Source: Salisapilia sapeloensis CBS 127946 (taxonomy: Eukaryota > Protista > Oomycota). Taken from it: 53,676 nt of DNA. Below the pieces are notes generated by a model. It searched no databases, was not told the origin of the DNA, and saw only the letters and a program-made list of their open reading frames with translations. The stretch lies in assembly GCA_023334545.1 (NCBI GenBank), contig JAADVB010000121.1, forward strand, positions 1 to 53,676. Reading direction: 5' to 3'. Numbering within the stretch: the stretch's first letter is position 1; every line of letters starts with the position of its first letter. The translations under genes were made by a program, and so were the position numbers. Positions 34,493 through 47,533 of this stretch are shown piece by piece.

Positions 34493-34712
34493 TGCTTCGT
34501 CAAAAGTTCCAAGTCCTAGTCGAGGTGAATATAGATGAAATACATTTTGTAAATCCATTTCTGTTCAATCATATCCGGCCCAGAATGGGTCGTAGATACA
34601 TGGAAAAGCGTCTGAAACGGACGATGAACAGGTGCTTCAAGTCCCTTGCTAGCATCGCATACGACTCTTGGACAAACTTCCGAGCGTAGCGCATTCTAGC
34701 TCTTGCCAAACC

Positions 34713-37700
34713 ATGGATCGACCGACTGAGTTCACTGGTATTGACAGTGCACATCGTCTCGAACGTCTCCAGCAACTAGTAAAAGATAGTACCATCTCGA
34801 CTAAGAGTGTCGATGGCGTCTTGATCGTTGGTGGAATTGATAGTCATCATGCTGAGACTTGTCAGGCAGTGCTAAAATACCTCTTTGTCGGTAGTTCTGG
34901 ACAAGAACTTGTCGGCAACCAAGTCTTTCCTTCTTCATTTGAATTTCTAGAAGATGTCATGCTACTTATCTCACGTCATGGCATCGAGATATTCTATAGT
35001 GTTGCTGATGCTTCTTCTTCAAAGATACTGCCGATTATATCTCAATGGACGAATGTGACAGAGTACGTTGTCCATGATAAGATGACCATAGATGTCCAAG
35101 AAGAGTTAAAAGTTCGTGCATTTCGTGAGATGATGGATCGAGTAAAATGTGTCGGGATTCCCTACGGTCTAGGACTCTCGAGTGGACAGAACCTTGAGGA
35201 TGACATGATCCCGGAAAAGTGGCCGATTATTCAGTCGTACGGCCTGGAGACCGGAGAAAAGGAGAGTGGGTTCTTATCAATGAACCGCCAGATTACCAAT
35301 GTGTCATCTCAAATCATTGATGTGCTGTCAGAGGTCGATACGTTTACTTCCAAACGACTGTGTGAAGAGCTACCGCCTATTATCAATCATCATTTCGATC
35401 AATTTCTACACAAGGTGGATTTGCTTGATGCTGAAGCGAGACAGAAGACACCGGAGCTTGCGCTGGCGGAGGATCTAGTCAGCTTTTACGAGTTTGGCTC
35501 ACTACAATCGCAGCAACGCGGTATCGAGGAGAATGATCCTTTGCGAGGGAGTCGATTACTATTTGGCACGCGTACGAACTCTCCGACCCAAAACTCATCC
35601 TCTTCGATAACCTTACAAGAGGCTGGCCTATCCGATGAGGTTCCAGCTACTCATATGCTCGTGCACGTCGAAGACCCTTTCACAGGCGTACGTCTTACTC
35701 GCACTTACTTTACCTCTGTTGGAGTGAGTACTACAAGTCTTGATCAACCTGAAATTCGAGAAAACGATATTGCAGACGAAGATATCGATGAGCGACAACA
35801 AGTGAAAGTCCGTGAAGATACGCAACTACTTATGGCAATTTACAGGACGATACTACATGGGCTTCGCGCTGGGTTTAAGTGCATGACGACAAAAGGTGTA
35901 CATACAGAGAAAGCATCTATATCAGACATCCAGACAGACTTTTCCTTGGTCGCGTCAAGCGCAATGAGTTCTTTTGTATTGAAATATGGTGAATGTAACT
36001 ACTACGGATCACTTTGCCATGCCATTGAGCATCGCCTGTCCGTCACGTTTGATATTATGGACTCATGCGGACGATCATCACGAGAATTAGACCGCAATTG
36101 GGTCGTAGCTTACGTTCTGATGCAAGTTGAGGATGTACGAGCTGTATCAATGCCATCCCATACGCTCGGATCGGTGTGTGTTGGAGACACCCTTCTCCTT
36201 CGTAGCAGCTACGATTCTGTCCGCGCAAGTGCGTCAAATAGAGCAGTAAATCTTACAGAGCATATCAAGTACGTATGTTGCTGGCGACAAAGTGGTCAAG
36301 AAGAAAAAACAGCTTCAGCCATGAAAAATCTCTTGTACAATCCATTCCAACTGGAAAGCAAGTCAATTCAGCTCGGTTATCCGATCGTGGTTGATGACGA
36401 AGGTGAAATTAAGACGAATTCTTCGTCTGACACATCTACACATCTCCAGTTTATGCAAGTACATTTACTTCTGGATGACGAGGACATTTCCACACTTGAA
36501 GGAATTTTGCACTTGTTCCAACGCGGTTTCATTTTCGAGACGCCACAAATGACTCCAATGTTGATCTCTTTCGAAAGGCATGTCGACAACGTATGTGTAA
36601 TTAAAACTTCATACGAGAACATGTCATTGATGAAGATTACTTTCCATGATGAACAGAGTGCAAGGAATCCAGTAAGTCACCATTATTCTTGTTTCTTGCT
36701 TATATAGTAACTAAGTCCGCTCTTATGCGATCATAGCTCCAAGAATCGCTTCCATTTGGTATAACCGGACGAGAAGTCTATATGCCACTTGTGACAGGAA
36801 CACGAATGCAACGAGAGATGATTCAAGTCTTGGAAATATGGAAATCATTTGCCTCTCGTGACGATCTGTTCATTTACAAAGATAGCAACAACAGCTATAC
36901 TACCGAGATTCCTATACCAACCAAGCGCGCGTGTGATGATCTAATGCGTCGAGATAGCATCAATCCAAATATTGCTCCAAGTGAGTGGTTTTCAACTTGG
37001 AAACTGCCAATGCCGAGTGTCCAAAAAGACTCGCCAACAGATTTTACAAACTCAGCAACAATGACTCCAATTACAGTGTTTCTTGGTATACCTGGAAGCG
37101 AAGTCCATGTTTTATCACGCAGTATAAAGGAGCTGTCGAGTAATGAAAATAATTGGCTGTCTTTGGAAATCGACATGAGGGAATGTCAGAAAGGAGAAAA
37201 CATTTATCAGTATATGCAAAAGCAAGTGGAAGCAATAGTTGCAAAAGTGCACGAAGATAGTCAAACTACTTCACATCGACGACTTCTAGTATCAATCTGT
37301 GGGTACGTTGACGTGCGCTCTGTCACAGGGGTAATAGATGGTATCAATTATAGCTACATCAGCGCAGTCATAGCCTGTATCAATGCAACCTGTGTCTATA
37401 AGCCACAAGAATTTGGTAGCTTATCACCATACCCGACATTGTTCGACCAAACGCTGGCAGGTTTCACGACACACATCCTCCTGACAAACACGAGCCATGT
37501 CAAAGAGACTTGCATGAAAGGTATTCGTTTACGTCTATCGAAAATGAATCCTTACGCAGATGTATACCTTATGCCTCATCGCACATTTGAAAGATCGCTG
37601 GCCTCACTTCTTGGACACAGTTACTTTAGCAGCAAAGAATACACTGAATATCGCAAAGCCCGTTTTGGACAATGGAAGCACCAAGTCATTAATGATGAAA

Positions 37701-38496
37701 AGTCTACAACAAACCTGGTTATGTATAAACTTGCTTCTGGAATGAATCAAGCTTGTTTCATTGAGCTTGTGGCTAAAACGCTAAGTCCATATGCGATCCT
37801 CGACAAAAGCATGAAAGTCGAGACACATCCATCGCTACTCAATCCACTGCGCTTAGCTCAATCAGCTGCAGCCTTGAAAGTGTACAAGGACCATCGATCG
37901 GATGCCAGTGGCAACGGGAGCTTCGAAGACAATTCAGAGGCTGGAAGGCAGGAGTGTTGGGTCATTGAAGGGCTCCTCAACTTCCAGGAACTCCCAGACC
38001 AAACGTATGAACATCTTTCAACAGGTCTCTATGCCTACTTACGCCCAGCACAGACTCAACTCAAAACACCAGACTTCTATCTTACGATTACTGGAAAAAA
38101 TCTCGATGAAGAGAAGCTACGTGATGCACTGCTGAATTGCTACCGCTGTGGAGAAGAAAAGGTTCTTCCGCTGCGCACCAAGAACGGTGTAAGTGCCGTC
38201 GAAAAGCAAGAAATCCAGAAACAACATGTACGTGATCTTAGTTGGTACCAGGAAGATGTATAAGCATTCTAACAAAATTGTGCGTGTGTCCATAGTCAAT
38301 GGATCCTCTACCAGAAGGCTATATGTTCGATGGTGTCCACTACTATGACTTCACAGGCGCTAAATTCGACTTTCATCCTGAGATCGACAAATTCATTGAC
38401 GACCACCTTTTGGCGATAAATAAGCATGCAACAACGGCTAACAACAAGCTGGAAGAGCATTGTCGCAATCGGAGCGAGTATGTAACGAAAATCTAG
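34713..38496 (+). CDS. DNAAF9: Dynein axonemal assembly factor 9 (Shulin/C20orf194)-like, 2 introns
   Basis: RLERLQQLV...DGVLIVGGIDS...LEDVMLLI...IPYG...EKWPIIQSYGLE...GFLSM at the N-terminus, a CobW-like segment, and the C-terminal PLPEGYMFDGVHYYDFTGAKFDFHPEIDKFIDD...NKLEE, as recalled for C20orf194. Confidence 0.8.
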
Positions 38497-38553
38497 TAGC
38501 CACATCCTTGACTTTAAGGCTAATAAAATAAATTGAGGCATTTCATGGTTTAT

Positions 38554-39940
38554 TCAAAAGTCTCCAAAGAACTTTATATTGTCATCCGAATCGATACTTT
38601 CAGCACTAGATTCACTGCTATCACCACTGACCATCATGGTTGTCAAGCCTTCATTCTTTAATTTTTGAACGCATGCACCCAGCTCGTCCTTAGCTGTCAC
38701 TGTAGTCTCGCCACAATCTTGCTGATTGGCCATCTCATTCCAGTCGATGTCTCGAAACCATGGATGTGTCATCACCTATCAGAGAGCAAGATTTTGTCAT
38801 GCTTTTACTCGCTAAGTACTTGAAGCTATATGCTGACATGTACCTCACTACTACCATTGCATCCGAGTCTAGTCTCTGGCGACACCTGAAGTAGTTCCCT
38901 ACGGAATAATATATATAAATATATACAAATATGATTCAAATGAGATAAATTTTATACTTGACGATTGATACCAAGTCGTCACTGAGCTCATTATCAGTAC
39001 CTTCTTGCAACCAAGCTGTTCGATCAAGCGCCATATGATCTCCTGTTTCTTGAATCTTAGCGTAAAAGGAATTTAAGCTGCCAGAGTCACTGGGTTTGTA
39101 TCCCCATGATGGTCGTCCAAGCACCATCTCTAGTATAATCACACCGAGTGCCCTATTAAAGCCAATTTCAATAGACGTTCACTTATTCAAAGAGGTAAAA
39201 GAGCACGCACCACCAGTCGACCATTGGAGAAACCATCAAGTCTGACGTAAAGAGCTCGGGCGGACGGATATAATGAGTCCCACCAGTTAATGTGTTCTCA
39301 TATGTGGTTGAAGTATCTGGAAAGTCACGAGCAAATCCGAAATCGATGACTTTGATCCAACCATCTTTAGTGACCAGTACATTGCCACTCTTTAGATCAC
39401 AATGTATCAAGCGGCGAGATTGGAGATCAGCTAGTGCAAGAACAAGTTGAGCTGCAATCCATTTCGCGATAGACTCTGGCAATCGTCTCTTTTCATTAAA
39501 ATTCCATATGCATCGGTACAAAGGCTCTCCGTCAATGTACTCCATCGTGATGTTATGGAAGTTAGGACTGGTAGCCGTAATGGGGACAGCGCGACAGATA
39601 AACGAGCTCTCATTGTTTTCAAGCACTCTCTTTTCCATTTCAATCCGGTCTTGTTGCTTCCCTGTCAAATCGGCTGATGGAATCTGCTTTAAAGCTGTGT
39701 TTGTATCATAAATAAACATATAGGCCTTGACATCAGGTAGAAAGGGGATAGTACTCACCATATTCCACTCCAGTCTCCTGGTCCCGGCAGTAATAAACTC
39801 TGCAACAACACCATCGTTGTCAGTATACTAATTAAGCAAAGGCGCTTATACAAAAGCAGATAAATGATGCGAATAAACCTTCCATAGCCGCCCTTGCCTA
39901 GGAATCGCACCGCATCCTTGCAATCGGATCCTGTCGCCAT
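38554..39940 (-). CDS. Divergent AGC/PKA-like Ser/Thr kinase, multi-exon
   Basis: GKGGYG, ALK, MEYIDGEPLY, HCDLKSGN, DFGFAR, PPE, VDWW|ALGV, HPWFRDIDW and a terminal FxxF (FGDF*). Confidence 0.85.
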
Positions 39941-40013
39941 TCGCACCCTCTGAAGATTGCTAAATATTATAAAATGCCATGCTGGACAAATAACCCGCGA
40001 AAACGATTATAGG

Positions 40014-43000
40014 ATGGACGTCACGGACTTTGTGCCGGATTCAGATGATGAAGAGACCAACTTGGTCGATCCAACACTTCCTATAGACTTTTCTACCCTA
40101 CCTGGACCTGTGGACAATTGGACAGAAGCTAATGCGAGTCAGAACGATCCAAATCAATCGTCCATTTACGGGGCAGAGTCCTATGACCAATTGTCATCTA
40201 CGAATACAACTGAGTATAAGCAGCATGCAAGCTACATAGATACTCATGAAGAAAATGGAGAGGATATAGAGCAAAATGATCACGACGAAGATCCGTACAT
40301 ACTTCAAATAGGTGATTTAGTCGAAGTCGAGTCACGTACTTGGCCTGGGATTAATAAACTGGGTGGTTCTGGGCGTATTGTTAACGTCCATATCGACAAA
40401 CCGAGTGGTGGTAATGGAACATCGCAGCCGAATGAAGAAGACATTTATTACGACATCCGATACGTGCTTGGTGGCTTTGAGAAGCGCGTTGAGAGTGAAT
40501 ACGTCCAACTCTCTCGGATCCTTGAGCGTCGTTTGACACAATCCAGAGTTCGCTATAAGCGAAATTTCTATCACGACGAGTTTGGTGAAGAGAAACACAA
40601 GAAAAAGAGATTGACCGACGCCAAGTCGGATGAACAGAACCAAAAAAGATTAACGCGCGAGCCTTCTAGCGCTCGAACTGCTCAAGTAGACACAAAGAAT
40701 GTGGAGAGGACAACCAAGCCCACCAAACTGGAAACAGGTACAAAACAAAAGCACTCCGTAGCGGATACACGAGTACATTCTGCATCAGGAAAAGCGAAAA
40801 AAGGTTCAAATCGCCAGTCGAAACGACTTGCTGAGAGCAGTTTTAACTATAATCTGGACTCATCTTCCCAAGACGAAAACTTGAAGCATTTCGTCACCAT
40901 CGAAAGAGAACAAGCGAGCACAGTTCCAGAGAAAACTAGTTCTAGCAATCAGACCAATAGTCGTCCTCGACACATCCTTATCGAAAGTAGTGATGAAGAA
41001 GAATATGCAGTCGACGAATCCATGGACAACGAACAGCCTTGGCGAAGGACATCCACGCAAGCGCCAATCTCACCACCACGACTACCCAGCGTACGAAAGC
41101 GACCACGAGCGCGTCGTCGACGTCGACGTTATGTTGGTGGGTACACGCACGGCATCGAAGATGACCCGGACGCCAACTTCATCCAGCCGGAAGATGACCC
41201 GAATGACCTTCCAGACGATGTCGCGGACATTGCCGATGAGCTCAACTATACATTCGCTGTGTCGACAGCTGAGCTGAAAGAGCAACTGAATCGTGCTATG
41301 TCTTCGATGCGTCAGAATCTCGACAAATTCAAGAGCGACCAGGATGAAGTCAATTCAAGCATCAAATATCTTCGTAGTCGTTCGACAGATGAATTAAGCA
41401 ACCTTCATGCGAAAGTTACAGCGATGAACACTTTTCTACTACAGTCTTTGATCCGTGGAGGTGAAAATGTTGTCGATCGGATCCATCGCGAGCTTTATAA
41501 ACGCAAGGCACAATTGTCCGAATCGGTAGAGCTTGAATTCGATCAGTGGTATCAGCTAAATAAAGACCATGCTGCGTGGATTCGAGGTACGTTGCCTACA
41601 ATCGAGTCGGCGATGACACGAAATGGAATGGATATTCCAGATACAGAGGTGGACCCTCCATCATCACAAGAAGACGGGTGGAGGGCTATTTTGGACTCAG
41701 AATCGTCAGATGAAGGGAGTCAACGTAGACAAAGACTAGCTGAAAGAAATCGTATCGATCGATTTGTAGAGCATGATCAGGAGCCTTCAGATGAACCGAC
41801 TGCAGTGGCCGGACGTAAGCGTAGACGTCGGGAACAGACGCATTTGGACGAGTATGGGTTGGATAACAGCGTTGATTTATGGTCAAAAGACGAGCGTATA
41901 AACACAGACGATTACGGTCGGAAGAGTACAGTAAAGAGGTCGAGACACTACATAAAGTCGTCATCTAGACTGGATGACTACGATTTTGTTCGTCTTCCAT
42001 CCGCACGTGATACTAGTGCTTGGAATACAGACTTTTCTTTACAGACTTCCAACGTACGCTCCATGCGTCGAACTAAACCTATCGATGCGTCTGATCCGCG
42101 ATGGAATTGGCGTAAGATAGCAGCTCAGCAACGTCAGAACAAGTCGTCTACATCCACTTGGAGAGGTGATCGTATTGACAGAAGTGCCTTCCATCCATCT
42201 AATGCAGCAACAGGAACTAGTTCATTCGTTCGAAGGAAATCCAAGCGGTCATCTCAACCACTTACAGGAAACGCACGCATTGACATGCAACGATACCGCA
42301 ATCGTCCTGTGGATAGAAGTAGCAGACAAACTCCAAATCATTCGTTCGGGCCTCGATCTACCATCTCTGCAAGTGAAGCATTCTTTCAACCTCGCATACC
42401 ACCTAATGAACATCAGGAGAAGAAATCACAGTCTTCCTTCCGTCTCGACACGAAAGAGGAGTCTGCTGCCCATGATAAGGCAGGAGATAGTGTTTCGGAG
42501 GTAGTCGACTGGACTAGTCCTATCGAAATGTTAACCGCCGATACGATGGAAATGGATGGAGTGGCTAATCAACCGAAGTACTCACCAAGTACGATAACGA
42601 AACTTCTTATGTTTGGGACTCAAGCAGCCACGAGTCCAAGTGTGATTCAAGATAAACAGCTTCCTCTTGGATTTATCGATACGAAAAGTGTCTTTGCTAC
42701 ACGTTGCTTGCGGCTTCGACAGACACTCGTTGCTATTCGCCATCGGGAAATTGAAATGCTGGACAAACTGAGCAGCCAAGCTACAAATTCAGGCATGACA
42801 CTAGAGACGTTGTGGAATGACGAGTGTACGTCTCAGTGGAATGCACTGATGCAACAAGCACATCAGTATCAAACCTCGTTCTTCTATCTATCCATTGATA
42901 TGATAAAGACTGCAAGAGAAACACCTCTATCGTCTCGCTCGACCTTCATCCAGTCGTGCTTAGTACAGATATCACGCATCGTCGGACAGCTTCCAGACTG

Positions 43001-46000
43001 CTCAGCTCTCTTCGGCTCTTGTGCATCATACGAATTCTACTTTGAGGTCGCTTGTACTCATGTCAAGACGACACCACTCCTCTCGTCGATCGCACACACT
43101 TTTCTACGAACACTTCAGCTTGTAGTCGAACTAAAGGCATCTTTAATGAAGGATGATGAAGCTTCCAAAGCTCACCAGCATGAGTTCGATGCCATGATAC
43201 AGCAGACATTGCCAGTCAATCGCGTGATCTTAGCCACGATGCTATTCCTCTTTGATTTAGCACTCTATCTACCATCTTCACATCGTATGAATGGCACTCC
43301 TGCTGATCAACTTGACGCAGTGGATTGTCCAGCATTATCCTTATGGCTCCTTGTTCATCGCTACTTTGCAACTGGAAGCTTTGATCCGCCAGCAGACGAC
43401 AGCACCATGCCTGAACAGCGCTTGGGTGAATTTTGGATGCTATTGCGGACAATCTTCCAAGACCAATTCATTGAGCATCTAGCTCTCGCCTACATACAGG
43501 ATCGGTCTCATGGTGGTTACTTACGAAACAATGTCCCAAACATGAAATCAGAGACGAAAGATGTATCCAAGCAAGATGTGGTGGAAAGCAAGTTGCTTGC
43601 TCAGGAGTGCGGATGGGATATGCTGCAAAAGCTAAGCGATTTGGTTGCCGCCTATAGTAATGACGGAAATGCTCCAGCTATCGCCAAGATTAAATGGGAA
43701 TTTGTACAGGATTTGATGCGAGCAGGTGCTGATGTACTTGCAGTAGACTCTAGTACGTCCATCTCCCGTGCACAGTCGGAAGAGATGGAGGCAATACTTT
43801 ATGAGAAATGGTTGACAAAAATCCAAGCCATGTCTGAGAGCTGGCCACCAAGTGGTGACACGATTAAAACTCTAGTGGAAATATTGCTGCTTCGAAGGGA
43901 GACAGCATCTTTAGATAACACGCTGCCGAGGATAGTCACAGATGTCTATGAGCAGTGTATACATGATGCAAGTACAGACTGGGACTCGCTACTTGGTCAA
44001 ATGACGATAAAGAGCTCTGATGCCTTGGAGGCTGTGTGCAAGGTCGTGCTCACGCAACTCGCAAAGCTATCGAAACCAGCTCAAAGACTTCGATTCCGGC
44101 AACCTCTGCTACAATCCATCAATGATCGAGCTAAGACATTGACCCCATCTATACAGACTTTACATCCGACCTCTAAAACGTCTTGGAACTGGCGAGCGAA
44201 TACTACGCAGGCATCGCAAGGTGGAAAGGTACAATTAAAGGATGGACCACACGTAGCAGCGGACACATCAGCAGATGACAAACCAGTTACGCTAGAAGAA
44301 CAGCGTAGTATTATCTCGTTACTCTTAGTCTTTGCGCTAGTGAGCTTGAGATCTTGCATTCTTCCGGATGAAACGGGGCTACAAGCTTTAGCATCAAAGA
44401 AACAGGTCAAGCGCGATGTGGAGTTTTACGGAAAGGAGGTCGTTCGACTTGCTAATAACGCACCAGAACTCTTTCCTACCGTTGCTCAGGCACAATACGT
44501 TCTTGGGTCACTCGCAATGAAAGCGTCGTGTAACTTTTCCATTGTTTTCACTCACCTGAATACGCAGCTTGTTCAGGCTCTTAAAGCACTCCAATCGCAT
44601 GCCATTACATATCCAGACACAAAACAGTTGACACAGGAACAAAAGCAGCAACGAATGCACTATTACGAAGCTGTTTCGAGCAACATCGTTCTCATGCGTG
44701 ACTTGACATCCAGACTAGTGGACACCATCGCTAGTCGGAAAAGTGAACTAAACGCGCAGGAAAAGGAAGCTTTTACGCAAAGTATCTCTAGTATCCTTGA
44801 CACTGGTCTATCCTCTTGTCTGGAAGCCTCACTTGCGTTCAAAGCGCCCGCTACAGGAACTGGATCGAAAGGAGGAAAGGAGAGAGCACCGCTGTTGTCA
44901 CGTGAAGACATGGAGATGGTACTAGAGATTATCCGTCTTTTGCAACCACGTGATCGACAGCAATCAGCTCAATGTCCACACCTAAAAGTTATTCAATCCA
45001 ATGCCTCAAAAGCAAAAACCACCGAGACAGATAGTTTCGACGAGTTTGGTGATGCCGAGTTGGATGAACTGTATGCTTCAGTCGATCTCGAGACGCTGAC
45101 TGCACCAACGCAAACGGCAGTACCTCAGTCCATTAAAGTATTTTCCTCTGTCATCATGCAGCAGCTATCGACTCACTTCCGCTTACCACTCCAGACGCTG
45201 CTCATCCGCTATCCGTACGCCTCTCGACCATCGTACTTGGAAATGTATTTGGTAGAACTACTTGGAAAGATGATTTCAAGCTGTTCATTCAACTTTAGTT
45301 GGCAACTAGTGTCGCTAAATTCGTTAAAGCAGCGAATGTTGGCGCCTCGACTCTTGGAAGCCACACTTCAGCACTATCCAGAAAAGAAGTGGTTTAGTAC
45401 GCGCTTTCTTAATGAACAAAATGCGGAAGTAGAACTTACCAAGATGTGGGTAATGGCTACGCTTGACGTGCTTTCACTCACAGCTTCTGAAGTCAAATAC
45501 GTGCCGAGGGATTCTTCCTTTTCGATCATGGCCTCACAGTACACAGATAAAGCCGTGCGTTACTCGGACTATTGGTTTGCATTAACGGATGGTATTATCT
45601 GCAATGTACTAGGAGAAGATCAAGTCGTGCAGTACAAAATGGATAGATCGATCTACACATTGCTGCAGCGAACTGCTTCTCATGCTTCCTTTGCTAGCTA
45701 CTGTATGGAGAGTCCAAAGCCTCCTACGCTTACGACGACGTTGTATGACATGCATCTGAATCTGTTTGCTACATTCTGTAAGCATGTTCGTACGTTATGG
45801 TCGGAGCTAACTACTACCAGAGAAGCCGAAGGCACTGATGCCGGGTCGTTTCGAACCAAAGTGCTCGACTTGAACACTGGAATCATTGTTGCACTTCCAG
45901 AGTACGTTCTATTCTTTCTTACCCTTCTTTAGAAATATTCTAATCTGTACATAATGCTTTAGAGCGTATGAGATGAACCTTCAACGAGTCTGTCTGGAGC

Positions 46001-47498
46001 TTGATAGGAAGACAGACAAGTGGCAGGCTCTGTCATTACTATTCCAGCAAGAGATTACAGATAACGATCCAACCAGTCGAGCTGTCTTCCACTCTACAAG
46101 CGGGTGTAACTCGACCAAGCTGGAAAAGCTAGAGAACGCTCCGTCTGCACGCAATCTAGTTCTTCTCTTTGAGTTTATGTACGACTGTGTCGACGTCTTC
46201 TTCCAAAACTGTGGGATGATGGCTCGTGGGCAACACAACATCTTCTTCTCTATGCTTGCACGCATGTTTAGACAAGCATGTACTGCCGAATTTCCTCAAG
46301 CCCAAGAACGCTTAGCTCAGATACAAAAGGACGCGTCTGGAAATGAAGTCGACTCGCACTGGCTACACAGGATGAGTACATCTCAGCTGAAGGACGATGG
46401 TGATGATAAACTGTTTGGTAAGACGAACATTTCAGCTCCATGTCGAGCTTTCGTCGAAAGCGTACGACTCTATTATGCCCAAGAAAAGTATCCTCGTCTC
46501 ATTCGATGGTTTGCTGAGGTACAAACTATTTGTCAGCCCATCTATTTGTATGCTACTTTATCATCTAACTTTGTTACTCATAGACGGCAGAGCTATATCA
46601 GACGCTACAGAGTGGATGGCTGACTTCGCCCTTGCGTACTCTATTGCTAAATGTCTTGGATCCTCATGGACCGCTTGGCGTCCATTGCTACTATCCTGTT
46701 TCGGTCGATACGAGTAGTCATGATATTCATGCAATCCGTCGTGAAGCGTTTTACGTCGCCTGTGGAATGTTTAATTGCGACCAACGTCCGTCTTCTAGTA
46801 CTTCACAGAGTCGCATCGCTATCCAAACGCTACGGCACTTTGTCCTTTGTGACTTTATGACCGAAAGCATTGAGCATGCAGCAAGGAGCGCGTTGACTCT
46901 ACGAGAGTCGCTCGTACCGCTTGCTCACTTCTTACGTGCTGTGCTTCACCATTGCACCTTGACTTCTGATACCACAACTGCCAGTGACCAACGAGACATT
47001 ACCGTTGCGGCTGATGCATTGCCGTGTCTGGAACTCTTGACTTTGTATCTAGTACAGGCAATGAAATCCCAAAGCGTGGTAAAGAGCCCACTAGACCTAG
47101 TTCTCCTAATCGAGTTCTGTGGGATCGTGGAAGAAGCAATGAAGATACATGAACGAGTGACTCGAGATACAGAGCCTCTTCTATCTCTTCTTCAAATTGG
47201 AAATGGGTTTCTCCATGGACTCTACAAGCAGTTGGAGGAGTCATCTTCACGTCCGATGGAGTTTGATTTCCCTCTACTGCTACCAAGTAGCTCGATAGAC
47301 AGTGTGTTAGATAATTACACACTATCAAGTACAACTTCGTGGACATTGGATGCGATGATCATGGCGGAAGACCATAGCGACGGCTCCCAAGATGAATACG
47401 ATATAAGTGTATGGAGAGCACAGTCGGACCTTACAACTGCACTAAAGCGCGTGGCAAGGTACTACGAAAAGCTGTCCTGCAGTGTTTCTGTCATCTAA
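40014..47498 (+). CDS. Very large protein (~2400 aa): Tudor-like N-terminal barrel, long disordered linker, MMS22L-like helical region; 2 introns near the 3' end
   Basis: The 1991-codon ORF continues into ORFs 45973-46623 and 46632-47498 through GT-AG introns. Ordered motifs DCPALSLWLLVH, FWMLLRTIF, GWDMLQKLS, KWEFVQDLM, ESWPPSGDTIKTL and ISLLLVFAL parallel MMS22L as I recall it. Coding confidence is high; the family call is moderate. Confidence 0.6.
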
Positions 47499-47533
47499 TT
47501 TGACCGCGCGCTTGTAGCACGATCGTGCACTCG

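Noticed and set aside
17129-47498. Apparent clustering of genome-stability genes (POT1, UBE2T, MMS22L-like, proteasome)
   Set aside because: They are interspersed with unrelated genes over 30 kb, which is expected by chance in a gene-dense eukaryotic region.
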